A stretch of 41,511 bases of DNA from Sulfurimonadaceae bacterium (GTDB lineage Bacteria > Campylobacterota > Campylobacteria > Campylobacterales > Sulfurimonadaceae): positions 1 through 41,511 of the forward strand of contig JBFESZ010000005.1 in NCBI GenBank assembly GCA_041548245.1, given 5' to 3'. Both the position numbers and the translations under genes were made by a program. Below, piece after piece: positions 18,454-28,831 of the stretch (its first letter is position 1; every line of letters begins with the position of its first letter). Below the pieces are notes generated by a model that was given only the letters and a program-made list of their open reading frames with translations, searched no databases and had not been told where the DNA came from.

Positions 18454-21431
18454 TACAAGACCTTTCTTTTTGCATTTCTCAAATAGTGCAGTACCTCTTT
18501 GATAATATCGTCATCATCCTTACTTGCTGCCTTGATGCTTTCAGTCGAACCGTTAGCATAGGTAACAGAGATGTTCTGTCCATAGTTGCCTATCAGTGTG
18601 ATGGACTTTTCAATACTCAAGAGTTTAATGACAATCAATTCAAAGAACTGCTTGGTATTGACATCCAGTTTTCCAAATCTATCAATCGCCTCTTCTTCTA
18701 TTTCATAGACTTCTGTGACATTTTCACAATGGCTTAAGCGTCTGTACAGCTCCAACCTCAATCTCTCCTCTTGGACAACTTCGTCTGAGATAAAGGCAGA
18801 AATGGTGAGTTTAATATCGACCTTTTTACGCTCGACCTCTTGTTTGTTTGAGAGTTCTTTGATCGCATCTTCAAGCATACGAAGATAAAGACTGTAACCG
18901 ATGTTCTTAATATGCCCGCTTTGCGCATCGCCGACCAGATTTCCGCCACCGCGGATCTCAAGATCATGGTAAGCAAGGACAGATCCGGAACCAAGAAACG
19001 AGTTTGATTCAAGCGCAACCAGACGTTTTTTCGCTTCATCAGTCAGATTCTCTTTGTCATCGACAATAAAATAGGCATACCCTTCGATATGCCCCCGTCC
19101 GACACGTCCACGCAGCTGATGAAGATCAGCGATACCGAACCTGTCCGCTCCGTCAATCAACATCGTATTGACCGATGGCATATGAATCCCTGATTCGATG
19201 ATGGAAGTCGCAAGCAACATATCATATTCGCCATCATGAAACTTCATCAACTCTTTTTCCGTCTCTGTTGCAGAGATCTTTGAATGCAGCATCAAAATAC
19301 GAAGATTAGGAAGAATCTGCAAAAGCTCTCTCTTCTTTATAGGCATGGCATCAATCGAATTAAAGACATAAAAAACCTGCCCTCCTCGTCTGAGCTCTCG
19401 AAGAATCACCTCTTTGATCAGACTCTCATCATACTCTTTGACAAAAGTCCTTACACCTTGACGCTCAGATGGCGGTGTCATCAGCGTACTCATCTGCTTG
19501 ATCGATGACATAGCCTGATTGAGTGAGCGTGGTATGGGCGTTGCACTCATAGAGAGAAGATGTACTTTTTCATACAGGGTCTTTAACTTCTCTTTCTGCT
19601 TGACCCCAAACTTGTGTTCTTCATCAATAATGACCAATCCGGCCTTGGCAAACTCTGCAGAAAAGAGTGCATGCGTTCCTACGACAACATCTATCTCTCC
19701 CGATTTCAGCCCTTTTAATATCGTATTTTTATCCTTTGCAGAAACAAAACGGTCAAGCTTGGCTATTTTGATATCATAAGGCTTAAAACGTTCCGTTACC
19801 GACTTGTAATGCTGCGAGGAGAGCAGTGTTGTCGGTACGATAAGCGCCGACTGGTAACCACTTAAATAAGCAGCATACATTGCATTCATCGCAACTTCTG
19901 TCTTACCGAAACCGACATCGCCCGAGAGAAGTCTGTCCATGACCTTCTCTTCTCTTATATCCTGAATAATCTCATTGATCGAACGCATCTGATCATCCGT
20001 ATACTCAAATCCGGCCGCGTCTTGAAAAACTTTAATCTTTTTATCGTCTGCAGCAAGACGCGGTGCCGTGATCAAGGCACGGGATGCCGCTAAATTAATG
20101 ATCTCACCGGCAATCTCAAAAAGTTTTTTCTTGACCTTGTCTTTAAGCTTTGCAAAACTTCCTTTACCAAGCTTATCCAAGGCAGGTAGTGATCCTGAAG
20201 AGATATACCGATCAATTGCTTCGAGGTTTTCAACCGGTAATAAGACTCTCTCATCTCCCTGATACGAGATAGCAACAAAGTCTTTCACCCCTCCGAGTAT
20301 CTCTGCCTGTTCTATCTTTTCAAAGATACCGACCCCGTAATCTTCATGAACGATGTAATCACCCGGTTTTAACTCGTCAAGAATGATACTCGTCTTTTTA
20401 CGACGTTTCTTCTTTATCTCTTTATTCAAAGAGAAGATAAGCTCCTTATCCCCGATCAGATTGACAATGACATGCGAATAGACAATCTTCATACCGCTTG
20501 TATCATGTATATCATGTTGTTTGATCTGCGCTTCGTTGGAAGCGATCAGGGTAATGGCTTTATTTTTGTGTACCTCTAAGGACCGTTTGATATCTATGAG
20601 TGAAAACTCTTTATACTCTTTTGCCTCAGGAACTATCTTAAAATCGAACAGACTCTCATCTACCGCATTCTCATCAAAGGCATATATCTCTTCGAGCTCC
20701 AAAGAAAGATCACTTAAGAAAACAGCTTCTTTGTCCTGCATAAAAGGTATGGCCAATGTATCCAGATGCCATAAGCCCAAAGATGCAATATCCTTTACAA
20801 AACTATCCGATAGGCTATTCTCACATTTAAGTTTGAGTGCATCATACTGCGCCTCGCTCAATGCAAAAAATGCCGGAGTAATCTCAATGCTTTCTATCTC
20901 TTCCTTGACACTCTTTTGCGTTTCAAGCTCAAAAGTACGGATCTCTTCTACCTCATCATCAAAGAGCGATATTCTATAAGGTGCTGATGCAGATATCGGA
21001 TAGATATCAATAATATCACCGCGAAAAGAGATTTCTCCTTTCTCTTCGACGATATCCACAAAGGTATATCCCCAAAATAGCATCTCTTTTTTGAAAGACT
21101 CCAATGCAATCGTACTACCAAACTCCAATTGCTTGAGAGCACACAACTCTGCACTTGGCAATGCATGAGAGAGTGTCTTGATCGGTGATATAACAAGGGG
21201 CTTCTTTGATGCGCTCTCATACCTGTTCAACGCTGAGAAGAGCTCAAAAAGCTCACCTTTGAAAGAACGTAAGTCATCCCCGCTTATTGCACGAAGATCA
21301 GGAAAGAGTATCACCTCTTTGCCTAAGAACCTTGCCAGATCAGCTGCGGCGGAGGCTTCTTTATAATCTTTGACTATGATAAGTTCAGGGGAGTTGTTCT
21401 GGAGGTACTCGTATAATCTACTTTGGCTCAC
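18453..21431 (-). CDS. mfd: Transcription-repair coupling factor
   Basis: RGDIIDI UvrB-homology module, RID (IVHEDYGVG), GDVGFGKT, DEEH, QLRGRVGR, DLEIRGGGNL; GTG start. Confidence 0.95.
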   Translation of the reverse strand: MSQSRLYEYLQNNSPELIIVKDYKEASAAADLARFLGKEVILFPDLRAISGDDLRSFKGELFELFSALNRYESASKKPLVISPIKTLSHALPSAELCALKQLEFGSTIALESFKKEMLFWGYTFVDIVEEKGEISFRGDIIDIYPISASAPYRISLFDDEVEEIRTFELETQKSVKEEIESIEITPAFFALSEAQYDALKLKCENSLSDSFVKDIASLGLWHLDTLAIPFMQDKEAVFLSDLSLELEEIYAFDENAVDESLFDFKIVPEAKEYKEFSLIDIKRSLEVHKNKAITLIASNEAQIKQHDIHDTSGMKIVYSHVIVNLIGDKELIFSLNKEIKKKRRKKTSIILDELKPGDYIVHEDYGVGIFEKIEQAEILGGVKDFVAISYQGDERVLLPVENLEAIDRYISSGSLPALDKLGKGSFAKLKDKVKKKLFEIAGEIINLAASRALITAPRLAADDKKIKVFQDAAGFEYTDDQMRSINEIIQDIREEKVMDRLLSGDVGFGKTEVAMNAMYAAYLSGYQSALIVPTTLLSSQHYKSVTERFKPYDIKIAKLDRFVSAKDKNTILKGLKSGEIDVVVGTHALFSAEFAKAGLVIIDEEHKFGVKQKEKLKTLYEKVHLLSMSATPIPRSLNQAMSSIKQMSTLMTPPSERQGVRTFVKEYDESLIKEVILRELRRGGQVFYVFNSIDAMPIKKRELLQILPNLRILMLHSKISATETEKELMKFHDGEYDMLLATSIIESGIHMPSVNTMLIDGADRFGIADLHQLRGRVGRGHIEGYAYFIVDDKENLTDEAKKRLVALESNSFLGSGSVLAYHDLEIRGGGNLVGDAQSGHIKNIGYSLYLRMLEDAIKELSNKQEVERKKVDIKLTISAFISDEVVQEERLRLELYRRLSHCENVTEVYEIEEEAIDRFGKLDVNTKQFFELIVIKLLSIEKSITLIGNYGQNISVTYANGSTESIKAASKDDDDIIKEVLHYLRNAKRKVL

Positions 21432-21838
21432 GCCTCTTTCTTCTTCTCGTCTATGACGATATTGATAGCTTTATTTTGAAGCTCTTTGTTTTTGATCTTG
21501 CTTTCGCCTTCAAAATGACCTTTAGCCTCTATAATCAGTTCGCCTGAAAGAATAGAACCCAATACTTTTCCTGATGCCATGATCTCAAGCTTGTTACTGT
21601 CTACCGAACCTTCAACCAATCCCTGTACGACAAGATGGTGCGTATGGATTTCACCACGAACTTTCCCGCTTTTTCCAACCGTTACAACTTTTTTGGAGTT
21701 AATCGAACCTTCAAATTCACCATCTATATACAAATTGCAGTCAAGAGTCATATCGCCCTTGATAAAAGAACCCTCTGTGATGATGGTGGTGTTGTTGTTT
21801 TGTGCAGGCGTGTCGTCGCTGTGATTAAAGATTGCCAT
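21428..21838 (-). CDS. Bactofilin (CcmA-like cytoskeletal protein)
   Basis: Beta-helical repeats TTIITEGSFIKG, LYIDGEFEG, VTVGKSGKVRG, IEAKGHFEG; AAGGAG RBS. Confidence 0.88.
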   Translation of the reverse strand: MAIFNHSDDTPAQNNNTTIITEGSFIKGDMTLDCNLYIDGEFEGSINSKKVVTVGKSGKVRGEIHTHHLVVQGLVEGSVDSNKLEIMASGKVLGSILSGELIIEAKGHFEGESKIKNKELQNKAINIVIDEKKKEA

Positions 21839-22695
21839 GGTACAGTTTTCTCCTTCTCAAATATAGAGTTGTATGAAGCTATGTTCCATTTTACAAACCA
21901 GAATGGATTCAAGGCTCTTTGTACAAACCTAACTTCATAATGTAAATGAGGACCATTAGACATTCCGCTGTTGCCGCTATAGCCTATCAGTTCTCCCCGC
22001 TTGATAAATTGTCCAGATTTTACCACAATTTTATTAAGGTGGCCGTAATATGTCTTAAAACCAAAACTGTGATCCAGGATGACAAGCTTACCGTACCCAC
22101 TCTTGCTGTGAGGGGCAGCCCATTCTGCTATAGCATCGGCAGTTGCATAAACCGGTGTGTTCATCGGTGCTTTCAGATCGGATCCGTGATGAAACTCTTT
22201 TCTGTCCAAAGTAGGATGCACTCTATAGCCATATTTCGAGGTAAGCCCCTTATACTCAACAGGAGAACCGTTGGGGATATGTTGCATCAACGCAGCCATC
22301 TCTTCTGAAGTCACGGAGGCAAGATCAACTCGCTCTTGCAAAGTCGTCCCCTCTTCCACAGAGATTCCCATAAGGCTCTCGATATCACTCAGTTTATCGG
22401 TAATCGCAGCAAGTTCATCTCGTTTTGTTTTTAAGGTGTTCTCCGTCATCTCAACGGTTTTAATAAGGCTCTTATTCTTGTTCTGTAAAATGCTAAAAGC
22501 AGCCTTGAGCTCATCCTTTTTCGTTTGTATCTCGTTTATACTGATATTTAGATAGGCGATAGAAAAAGCGGCCAAAGCAAAAATAAACACTGTAAATATC
22601 AACAGATAGACACCGATTTTCTTCATGGCCTGATGAAGATTAAACTGCCTTATCCCATGGTTATCATGAATGGTAATGGTAAACTGATTATGCAA
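21748..22695 (-). CDS. M23-family peptidoglycan endopeptidase (Csd1/2-like)
   Basis: TM anchor, coiled coil, HHGSD (HxxxD), GNSGMSNGPHLHYE (HxH); start moved to TTG 22695 after AAGG. Confidence 0.88.
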   Translation of the reverse strand: MHNQFTITIHDNHGIRQFNLHQAMKKIGVYLLIFTVFIFALAAFSIAYLNISINEIQTKKDELKAAFSILQNKNKSLIKTVEMTENTLKTKRDELAAITDKLSDIESLMGISVEEGTTLQERVDLASVTSEEMAALMQHIPNGSPVEYKGLTSKYGYRVHPTLDRKEFHHGSDLKAPMNTPVYATADAIAEWAAPHSKSGYGKLVILDHSFGFKTYYGHLNKIVVKSGQFIKRGELIGYSGNSGMSNGPHLHYEVRFVQRALNPFWFVKWNIASYNSIFEKEKTVPWQSLITATTRLHKTTTPPSSQRVLLSRAI

Positions 22696-22714
22696 TATCA
22701 CACCTTCTTGAACT

Positions 22715-23857
22715 TTAACAAAACTCTCTAAACGCGTCCGCAACACTGAACGAACCAAAGACCAGATAATTTTCCGACTCTTCTATTCCCTCAAACCTCT
22801 TATAATCCAGTCCATTTTTCACAATGGCATCGATCAAGTCCTCTTCGGCTGCAATACGATCGCTCTTCACAGAAAGTATCTCTACTCTTTTTACAATCGG
22901 ACTGAGTATACGCAATATCGACATATAGTCCTTATCTTTGTAACTATTATAAACCAAATTTATTGATTTTTTACAAAAACTGTGCGAAATTGCCTCTGCG
23001 GCAAGGGTGTTGTGTCCCAAATCCAACCAAACATTTGGCTTTATCCTCTGCATCCTTCCCTGAAGCGGTTCATATCTAAACAACTCCTTCTTGACATTAA
23101 AACCGAGCGTTTTAACAACAGCCATGGCAAGTAAAAGGTTCTCATAAAGATAATGCGGCATCTGAAACTCTTGTGATATCTCCTCGGCAGTGCTTATCAT
23201 ATCAGCATCTACGACATCTTTATAATCAACGAACTTTACATCCAACTCTTTTTCTAGTGTTCTAGCAGTCTCCCATACCTCAGTAAACCTCTGTTCCGCG
23301 ACTATTGCCTTGGAAGTAACACTGCGAAGCTTCGTTGTTGAGACCTCCTGTATACTCTTTCCTAAAAACTCTTCATGATCCAAGCCAATCGGTGTGATAA
23401 CGGAAATAAGTTTATCAAAAACATTTGTCGCGTCATGTTCACCTCCAAGTCCCGCTTCCAGCACAACATAATCACATTTTTCATACACAATTAAAGCAAG
23501 GAAGGTCGTATATTCAAAATAGCTCAGACTCATTTGGAACTCTTCAGGAAGTATACTCAACAGTTTCTCATGTGCCCTCTCCAATAACTCATTATCTGCA
23601 TTATGCCCATTCAGCCAGATACGTTCATTAAACTCACTGATATGAGGAGAGGTATAATGCCCCGTGTCAAAGCCTAGCGTCACAAGAGCATTGGCAATGA
23701 ATCGTCCCGTAGTTCCTTTTCCGTTTGTACCGACAACATGGATTATCTTTGGCAAAAAAAGTTTATTTTTGATCGATGCATAAGCCCGTGGCATGCGGCT
23801 ATAATCTATCTCACTGTAATAAAGTGGTTTTTGTGCCAAGAATTGATCGAGTTTCAT
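22715..23857 (-). CDS. folC: Folylpolyglutamate/dihydrofolate synthase
   Basis: VGTNGKGTT, YTSPH, EAGLGGEHDATN, LDLGHN. Confidence 0.93.
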   Translation of the reverse strand: MKLDQFLAQKPLYYSEIDYSRMPRAYASIKNKLFLPKIIHVVGTNGKGTTGRFIANALVTLGFDTGHYTSPHISEFNERIWLNGHNADNELLERAHEKLLSILPEEFQMSLSYFEYTTFLALIVYEKCDYVVLEAGLGGEHDATNVFDKLISVITPIGLDHEEFLGKSIQEVSTTKLRSVTSKAIVAEQRFTEVWETARTLEKELDVKFVDYKDVVDADMISTAEEISQEFQMPHYLYENLLLAMAVVKTLGFNVKKELFRYEPLQGRMQRIKPNVWLDLGHNTLAAEAISHSFCKKSINLVYNSYKDKDYMSILRILSPIVKRVEILSVKSDRIAAEEDLIDAIVKNGLDYKRFEGIEESENYLVFGSFSVADAFREFC

Positions 23858-25392
23858 GATGATACTATCTGATTGCGACCGCTATGTTTCGCTTTATAGA
23901 GTCTTTCATCTGCACTCTTGAGCATCAGGTTCTGTGAGGGAAACTCATCCCTAAAGGCTATACCGCCACTGATAGTAGCCTGAATCTTTTCCCCCTGATA
24001 GACAAAGCGGCTGATCTCCAGTTTTTGTCGCACCTTTTCAGCAAATATCATGGCACCATTACTATCAGTCTGACTCAAGATAGCGAGAAACTCTTCACCG
24101 CCGTAGCGGCCGACTATATCCACACCTCTTGCAATCTCTTTGAATATCTTGGCGAAACCTTTTAAAACGGTATCCCCCGCTTCATGTCCATAGGTGTCGT
24201 TGATCTGCTTAAAATGATCAATATCAAAAAAGACCACACTATACGGTTTTTTATGACGTTTAAACTCGCCTTCTCTGATATCCATAAACTCATCCAAAGC
24301 ACGTTTATTGTAAAGCTTTGTCAAAGCATCTTCGCGTGAAGCTTTTTTCGCTTCGGAGAGTTCCAGTTCTAAAGACTTTATCTTCACTTCCATCTCAGCG
24401 ATCACTGTGTTGTGCTCTTTGAGTTCTTTGCCCAAAAGCTGTGTCTCTTCTTCCAAGGAACTGGCGATGGCATAAAGCTTCTTATGTGCTGATGTAAAAT
24501 TAGAGCTCTCTTTTAGTTCAAGCTGTTCAAGATTGCTTTTTATCTTTGCGATTTCCTTACCTGAATGGTCTGTCTTATCAATCAATGACAAAACTTGTGT
24601 CGAGAGCTTTTCGAGTACGCTATCAAGGGCCAAAAGCATTTTTTTAATATGCTGTTTGTCCAAAGATATTCGAAGATTGATAGCTTCTTTAATTGACTCC
24701 ATCATCGCCTTTGAACTCAGACTCTGTGGATTTGCCCGTATCTCATCTGAAATCTTTGCCAGTTTATCATCAACACTTGATGCAATCGAAGGCACAAAGC
24801 TAGCGATGAAAAGAAGAGCCAGACTTTGATATTCACCCAAATTATCTTCTGGACTTGTTTGAAGTTTCAAATTTGAAATCGTTGCCTTGATATCACTTTT
24901 ATTGACTTTTCCATAGGGCTTTAAAAGATCCAGAAAACTGTCATCATATTTTGTTAAAAAATCAATCCACTCTTCTTTGATCTTTGTTATCTGCTGTGCA
25001 TTTGTAACTAACTCAAGATCTTTGATTGACTTGGTCGCAAGCGTACTTAATTCAGCATTATGCAAAGAGGCTATGGTTTGCAATATTCGTTTAAGAAGCA
25101 GGTTGAGTTCTGCATTTTGACTGTTTGCTTCAGAAGGGTTGCTTCGATTAAGTTTGGCAATAAAGAATGTGACGAGTTCATTGAGTGTTTTTACACGATA
25201 CTGTTTAAGTTCGTTTTGAAAAGAGGGATCAAGTTTTTTAGTGAACTTTTCTACCTGGTTGCAGTCTTCGACGATAATGCCGGCTGCTTTTGCCTCTTTA
25301 CAAAAAGCCTCCGCATAAAAATCAGGTGTTAAAAGCTTGTCTTCTTTTTTAAGACGCTCAAAGGTGCGCTTAATAATCTGATTGATTGTCAT
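23854..25392 (-). CDS. Cytoplasmic diguanylate cyclase with helical/coiled-coil N-terminus
   Basis: DALTKLYN, FDIDHFKQINDTYGHEAGD, RGVD I-site five residues before GGEEF, YKAKHSGRN; no TM segment. Confidence 0.9.
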   Translation of the reverse strand: MTINQIIKRTFERLKKEDKLLTPDFYAEAFCKEAKAAGIIVEDCNQVEKFTKKLDPSFQNELKQYRVKTLNELVTFFIAKLNRSNPSEANSQNAELNLLLKRILQTIASLHNAELSTLATKSIKDLELVTNAQQITKIKEEWIDFLTKYDDSFLDLLKPYGKVNKSDIKATISNLKLQTSPEDNLGEYQSLALLFIASFVPSIASSVDDKLAKISDEIRANPQSLSSKAMMESIKEAINLRISLDKQHIKKMLLALDSVLEKLSTQVLSLIDKTDHSGKEIAKIKSNLEQLELKESSNFTSAHKKLYAIASSLEEETQLLGKELKEHNTVIAEMEVKIKSLELELSEAKKASREDALTKLYNKRALDEFMDIREGEFKRHKKPYSVVFFDIDHFKQINDTYGHEAGDTVLKGFAKIFKEIARGVDIVGRYGGEEFLAILSQTDSNGAMIFAEKVRQKLEISRFVYQGEKIQATISGGIAFRDEFPSQNLMLKSADERLYKAKHSGRNQIVSS

Positions 25393-25407
25393 AAAGCCTC
25401 CTGGATT

Positions 25408-25911
25408 TTATAGCCGAGTCCCCTCAGCACTGACTTGAGCGACAAAGGAGTCCAAAGCTTTTAATGATGCCTGCCTGATCGCTTCGTATCGTTGGGTATC
25501 TGTAATAATAGCATTAGGTTCTATCGTAAAGTCGTAAGACCCTCTTGAATTATAGCTTTTTTGTTGCTCATTATTACGTCTGATCACATTCATACTGACA
25601 TTTGCCCTATAAACGATGACATACCCATTTTCATCATATTGTAAGGGTGAAAAGCTGATACCCGAAAGACTCACCCATAAAGTAGTTTTTGCTTCTGCCT
25701 GTGGGACCAATGAAGAGTGAAATCGTGTAACCACAGCTTTTCTTGCAGCATCCTTGATCAAAACACTGTTTTCCGGGTCTTCCAAAGAGACAATAACTTC
25801 GACAAAGATCTTCTCTCCGACAGCCTTTCTTGCCTGTTTTGAAGCAGGCATATAGCCGCATCCGATAAACAAAGAAAGTATCAATAGAGCTAGAAAGCTT
25901 CTGTTTATCAT
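25408..25911 (-). CDS. lptE: LPS assembly lipoprotein LptE-like
   Basis: Lipobox FIGC followed by GY; directly downstream of leuS, the usual position. Confidence 0.75.
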   Translation of the reverse strand: MINRSFLALLILSLFIGCGYMPASKQARKAVGEKIFVEVIVSLEDPENSVLIKDAARKAVVTRFHSSLVPQAEAKTTLWVSLSGISFSPLQYDENGYVIVYRANVSMNVIRRNNEQQKSYNSRGSYDFTIEPNAIITDTQRYEAIRQASLKALDSFVAQVSAEGTRL

Positions 25912-28355
25912 TTTACGACCAGGTTGACAAGTTTATTCGGTACAACAATCTCTTTAACTATACTCACGCCTTCAAGCCATTTGGAAGCCTCTTCTTTTGC
26001 CACGTTCAAGATCTCTTCCTCGCTCGCAGTTGGAGAGACTTCGATCTGCGTTCGGTTTTTCCCGTTAATGGAGACCCCCATCGTAATGGTGTCAACCGTA
26101 AATACCTCTTCAAGAATCTTGGCCGGGACCAGGTTGTTGTGTTTGAACAACTTATCGGAGATCTCCCAGGCGATATGTGGAACAATCGGCTCAATAATGG
26201 AAGATATAATCCAGTAACCTTCTGTCCATACATCAGCATTACTCTGTTCATTAAGGGCATTCATCGCTTCCATTACACCGGCTATCAACGTATTAAAGGT
26301 ATGACGCTCTTCAAAGACCTCATTGGCACGTTGAAGTGCCTCATATACCTTCTTGCGCGCTGCTTTTTCTTCTTTAGAAAGCGCTTCGTGATCTATACAT
26401 GGCAAAGTATCTGTCTCGTAAGCACGGCTTGAGCGATCAGCAAAACGTTTTAGAAACCTAAAAGCTCCTTCAACAGCTGAATCATTCCATTCAAGTTCTT
26501 GCGTCGGTGGTGCGGCAAAGAGAATAAAAAGCCTTGCCGTGTCTGCCCCGTATTTCTCTACAAGAGCGTCAGGATCGACTGTATTCCCTTTTGACTTGGA
26601 CATCTTCGCACCGTCTTTGAGTACCATTCCCTGCGTCAACAGATGATTGAAAGGCTCGTCAGCGTTTACATACCCGAGATCACGCATCACCTTGGTAAAG
26701 AAACGGGCATACAAAAGATGCAAGATAGCATGTTCTATCCCGCCGATATAATGGTCTACACCCATCCAGTAATCCAGTTCTTTTGCATCAAAAGCCTTAT
26801 CCTGCCAAATACCAGGGCTGGCTGTATAGCGCAAGAAATACCATGATGACTGTACAAAGGTGTCCATCGTGTCTGTTTCACGGATTGCATCTTTTCCACA
26901 CTGAGGACATTGACAATGCTTCCACGTCGGATGATGATCCAGCGGATTGCCTTCACCCGTGATCTGGGCATCTTCAGGCAGTGCGACCGGCAGGTTCTCT
27001 TTTTTCTCCATGACAAGACCGCAATCGTCACAGTGAATGAATGGCAGAGGAGCACCCCAGTAACGCTGGCGGCTTACTCCCCAGTCTTTAAGTTTAAAGT
27101 TTATAACTTTTTTTCCAAGACCCTCAGTTTCAAAATAGTGCATAATCTTGGACTGAGACTCTTTTGATTTCATCCCGTCAAACTCGCCTGAATCAAAAAG
27201 AATACCGCTGTCTGTATAGGCTTTGCCCTCAGGAAGTTCACCCTCTTTAGGCTTGATGACAGCTTTGATCGGAAGATCATATTTCTTGGCAAAGTCATAG
27301 TCTCTGTCATCATGAGCAGGTACTGCCATAACCGCACCAGAGCCATAATCCATCAAGACAAAATTAGCCACCCATACCGGAATAGAATTACCTGTTAGAG
27401 GATGTACAACAGAAATATCAAGTGCAACACCCGATTTCTCTTTTTGTCTATCAATGGATGAAGCATTCTTCATGACATTGATCGCTTCGCTTGCTTGTGC
27501 TGAAAGCAGTCCCTTATCGATCATATAGGTCACAATCTCATGCTCAGGTGCCAAAGCACAATAAGAGACCCCATAAATCGTATCCGGACGCGTGGTGAAG
27601 ACATCAAATTTTTCAAATTGGTTTGAAAGTTTCTCTTTTGAAATCTCATCAAAATAGAGATCAAATTCCAAACCTGTCGATTTGCCAATCCAATTCTCCT
27701 GCATCGTCAAAACCTGTTTCGGCCAACCCCCTTCAAGCTTTTTCAGATCATTTAAAAGCTCATCCGAATAGTCTGTGATCTTGAAATAGTATTGATTCAT
27801 CTCTTTTTTGACGATAGGTGTGTCACATCGCCAGCAGCATCCCTCGACAACCTGTTCATTGGCCAAAACCGTCTGATCGTGCGGGCACCAGTTCAGAAGG
27901 CCCTTCTTAGAGTACATCAGTCCCTTGTTGAACATATCGATAATAAAGCCCTGTTCAAACTTTGTATACAGCTCGTCAGAAGTCGCGAACTCACGTTTTT
28001 TTGAAAAAGAGAGCCCTAGACGTGAAAGTTCTGCACGCATGTAATCAATATTCGAATAGGTCCATGTTTTTGGATGCGCTCCATTCTTAATCGCAGCATT
28101 TTCAGCCGGCATCCCGAAACTGTCCCAACCGATAGGATGCAAAACATTCTTTCCGGCTTGACGATAATAACGTGCGAATGCATCCCCGATTGTGTAGTTA
28201 CGAACATGCCCCATATGAAGACGTCCGCTTGGAAATGGAAACATACTTAAAACATATTTTTTCTCTTTACTGTAATCTTCACTAGGCTCAAAACTTTCGT
28301 TCTGCTCCCAAAACCTCTGCCATTTTGTTTCAACTTCGGATGGATTGTATTCCAA
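25908..28355 (-). CDS. leuS: Leucyl-tRNA synthetase
   Basis: [13 protein letters not shown] (HIGH), CP1 motifs FTTRPDT and [18 protein letters not shown] start with AGGAG RBS. Confidence 0.97.
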   Translation of the reverse strand: MEYNPSEVETKWQRFWEQNESFEPSEDYSKEKKYVLSMFPFPSGRLHMGHVRNYTIGDAFARYYRQAGKNVLHPIGWDSFGMPAENAAIKNGAHPKTWTYSNIDYMRAELSRLGLSFSKKREFATSDELYTKFEQGFIIDMFNKGLMYSKKGLLNWCPHDQTVLANEQVVEGCCWRCDTPIVKKEMNQYYFKITDYSDELLNDLKKLEGGWPKQVLTMQENWIGKSTGLEFDLYFDEISKEKLSNQFEKFDVFTTRPDTIYGVSYCALAPEHEIVTYMIDKGLLSAQASEAINVMKNASSIDRQKEKSGVALDISVVHPLTGNSIPVWVANFVLMDYGSGAVMAVPAHDDRDYDFAKKYDLPIKAVIKPKEGELPEGKAYTDSGILFDSGEFDGMKSKESQSKIMHYFETEGLGKKVINFKLKDWGVSRQRYWGAPLPFIHCDDCGLVMEKKENLPVALPEDAQITGEGNPLDHHPTWKHCQCPQCGKDAIRETDTMDTFVQSSWYFLRYTASPGIWQDKAFDAKELDYWMGVDHYIGGIEHAILHLLYARFFTKVMRDLGYVNADEPFNHLLTQGMVLKDGAKMSKSKGNTVDPDALVEKYGADTARLFILFAAPPTQELEWNDSAVEGAFRFLKRFADRSSRAYETDTLPCIDHEALSKEEKAARKKVYEALQRANEVFEERHTFNTLIAGVMEAMNALNEQSNADVWTEGYWIISSIIEPIVPHIAWEISDKLFKHNNLVPAKILEEVFTVDTITMGVSINGKNRTQIEVSPTASEEEILNVAKEEASKWLEGVSIVKEIVVPNKLVNLVVK

Positions 28356-28454
28356 GTCTATCTCCTAAAAAATCATTAATACTAAAAGTTAGATGCTAAC
28401 GTTTAGGAATAATGATGGAAGGAGAAAGAGAAAGTTTGACTCTCTCTTTCTAAA

Positions 28455-28793
28455 TCAATACTCTTCTCTAGTACGAGAACTTTCAACAAGTACAAGGCCC
28501 ATTGAAAAGATATTTGCCAGAAGTGCGCCAATAGACAATGCGATTGCCCATTCCGTATTCCCAATAACTACCAGATAAATAAAAGCCGGAATCAGATGCA
28601 GATCGGCCACCAATGAACTTGCCAAAAGTTCTGCCGCCAGAAGATTTCTCACACCTATCTTTAAAATAGTAGAGACCAGGTTCAGACTTCCTGCCATAAA
28701 CAGTGCGATTGCACTATGCTCGTATAAAAAACCTGCTGTTGATGTCAAACTCATTAGTGTGAAAAACACATAGATAACTTTTCCCCAATCCAT
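28455..28793 (-). CDS. Small four-TM membrane protein of the secF-leuS interval (DUF6394-like)
   Basis: Hydrophobic segments, SLVADLHLIPAF motif, AGGAG RBS. Confidence 0.7.
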   Translation of the reverse strand: MDWGKVIYVFFTLMSLTSTAGFLYEHSAIALFMAGSLNLVSTILKIGVRNLLAAELLASSLVADLHLIPAFIYLVVIGNTEWAIALSIGALLANIFSMGLVLVESSRTREEY

Positions 28794-28831
28794 AACAACT
28801 CCTACTTTAATTTACGAACAGTTCTTGACGC

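Noticed and set aside
22696-22758. Long N-terminal extensions in the ORF track (M23 peptidase, also ccoS, secD, cysK, glycosylase)
   Set aside because: Downstream starts have proper RBS spacing and avoid long overlaps, so the extensions are artefacts of longest-ORF calling
28393-28578. 61-aa plus-strand ORF across the leuS leader
   Set aside because: Antisense to the operon, no RBS, not a Leu-rich leader peptide; the hairpins explain the region better
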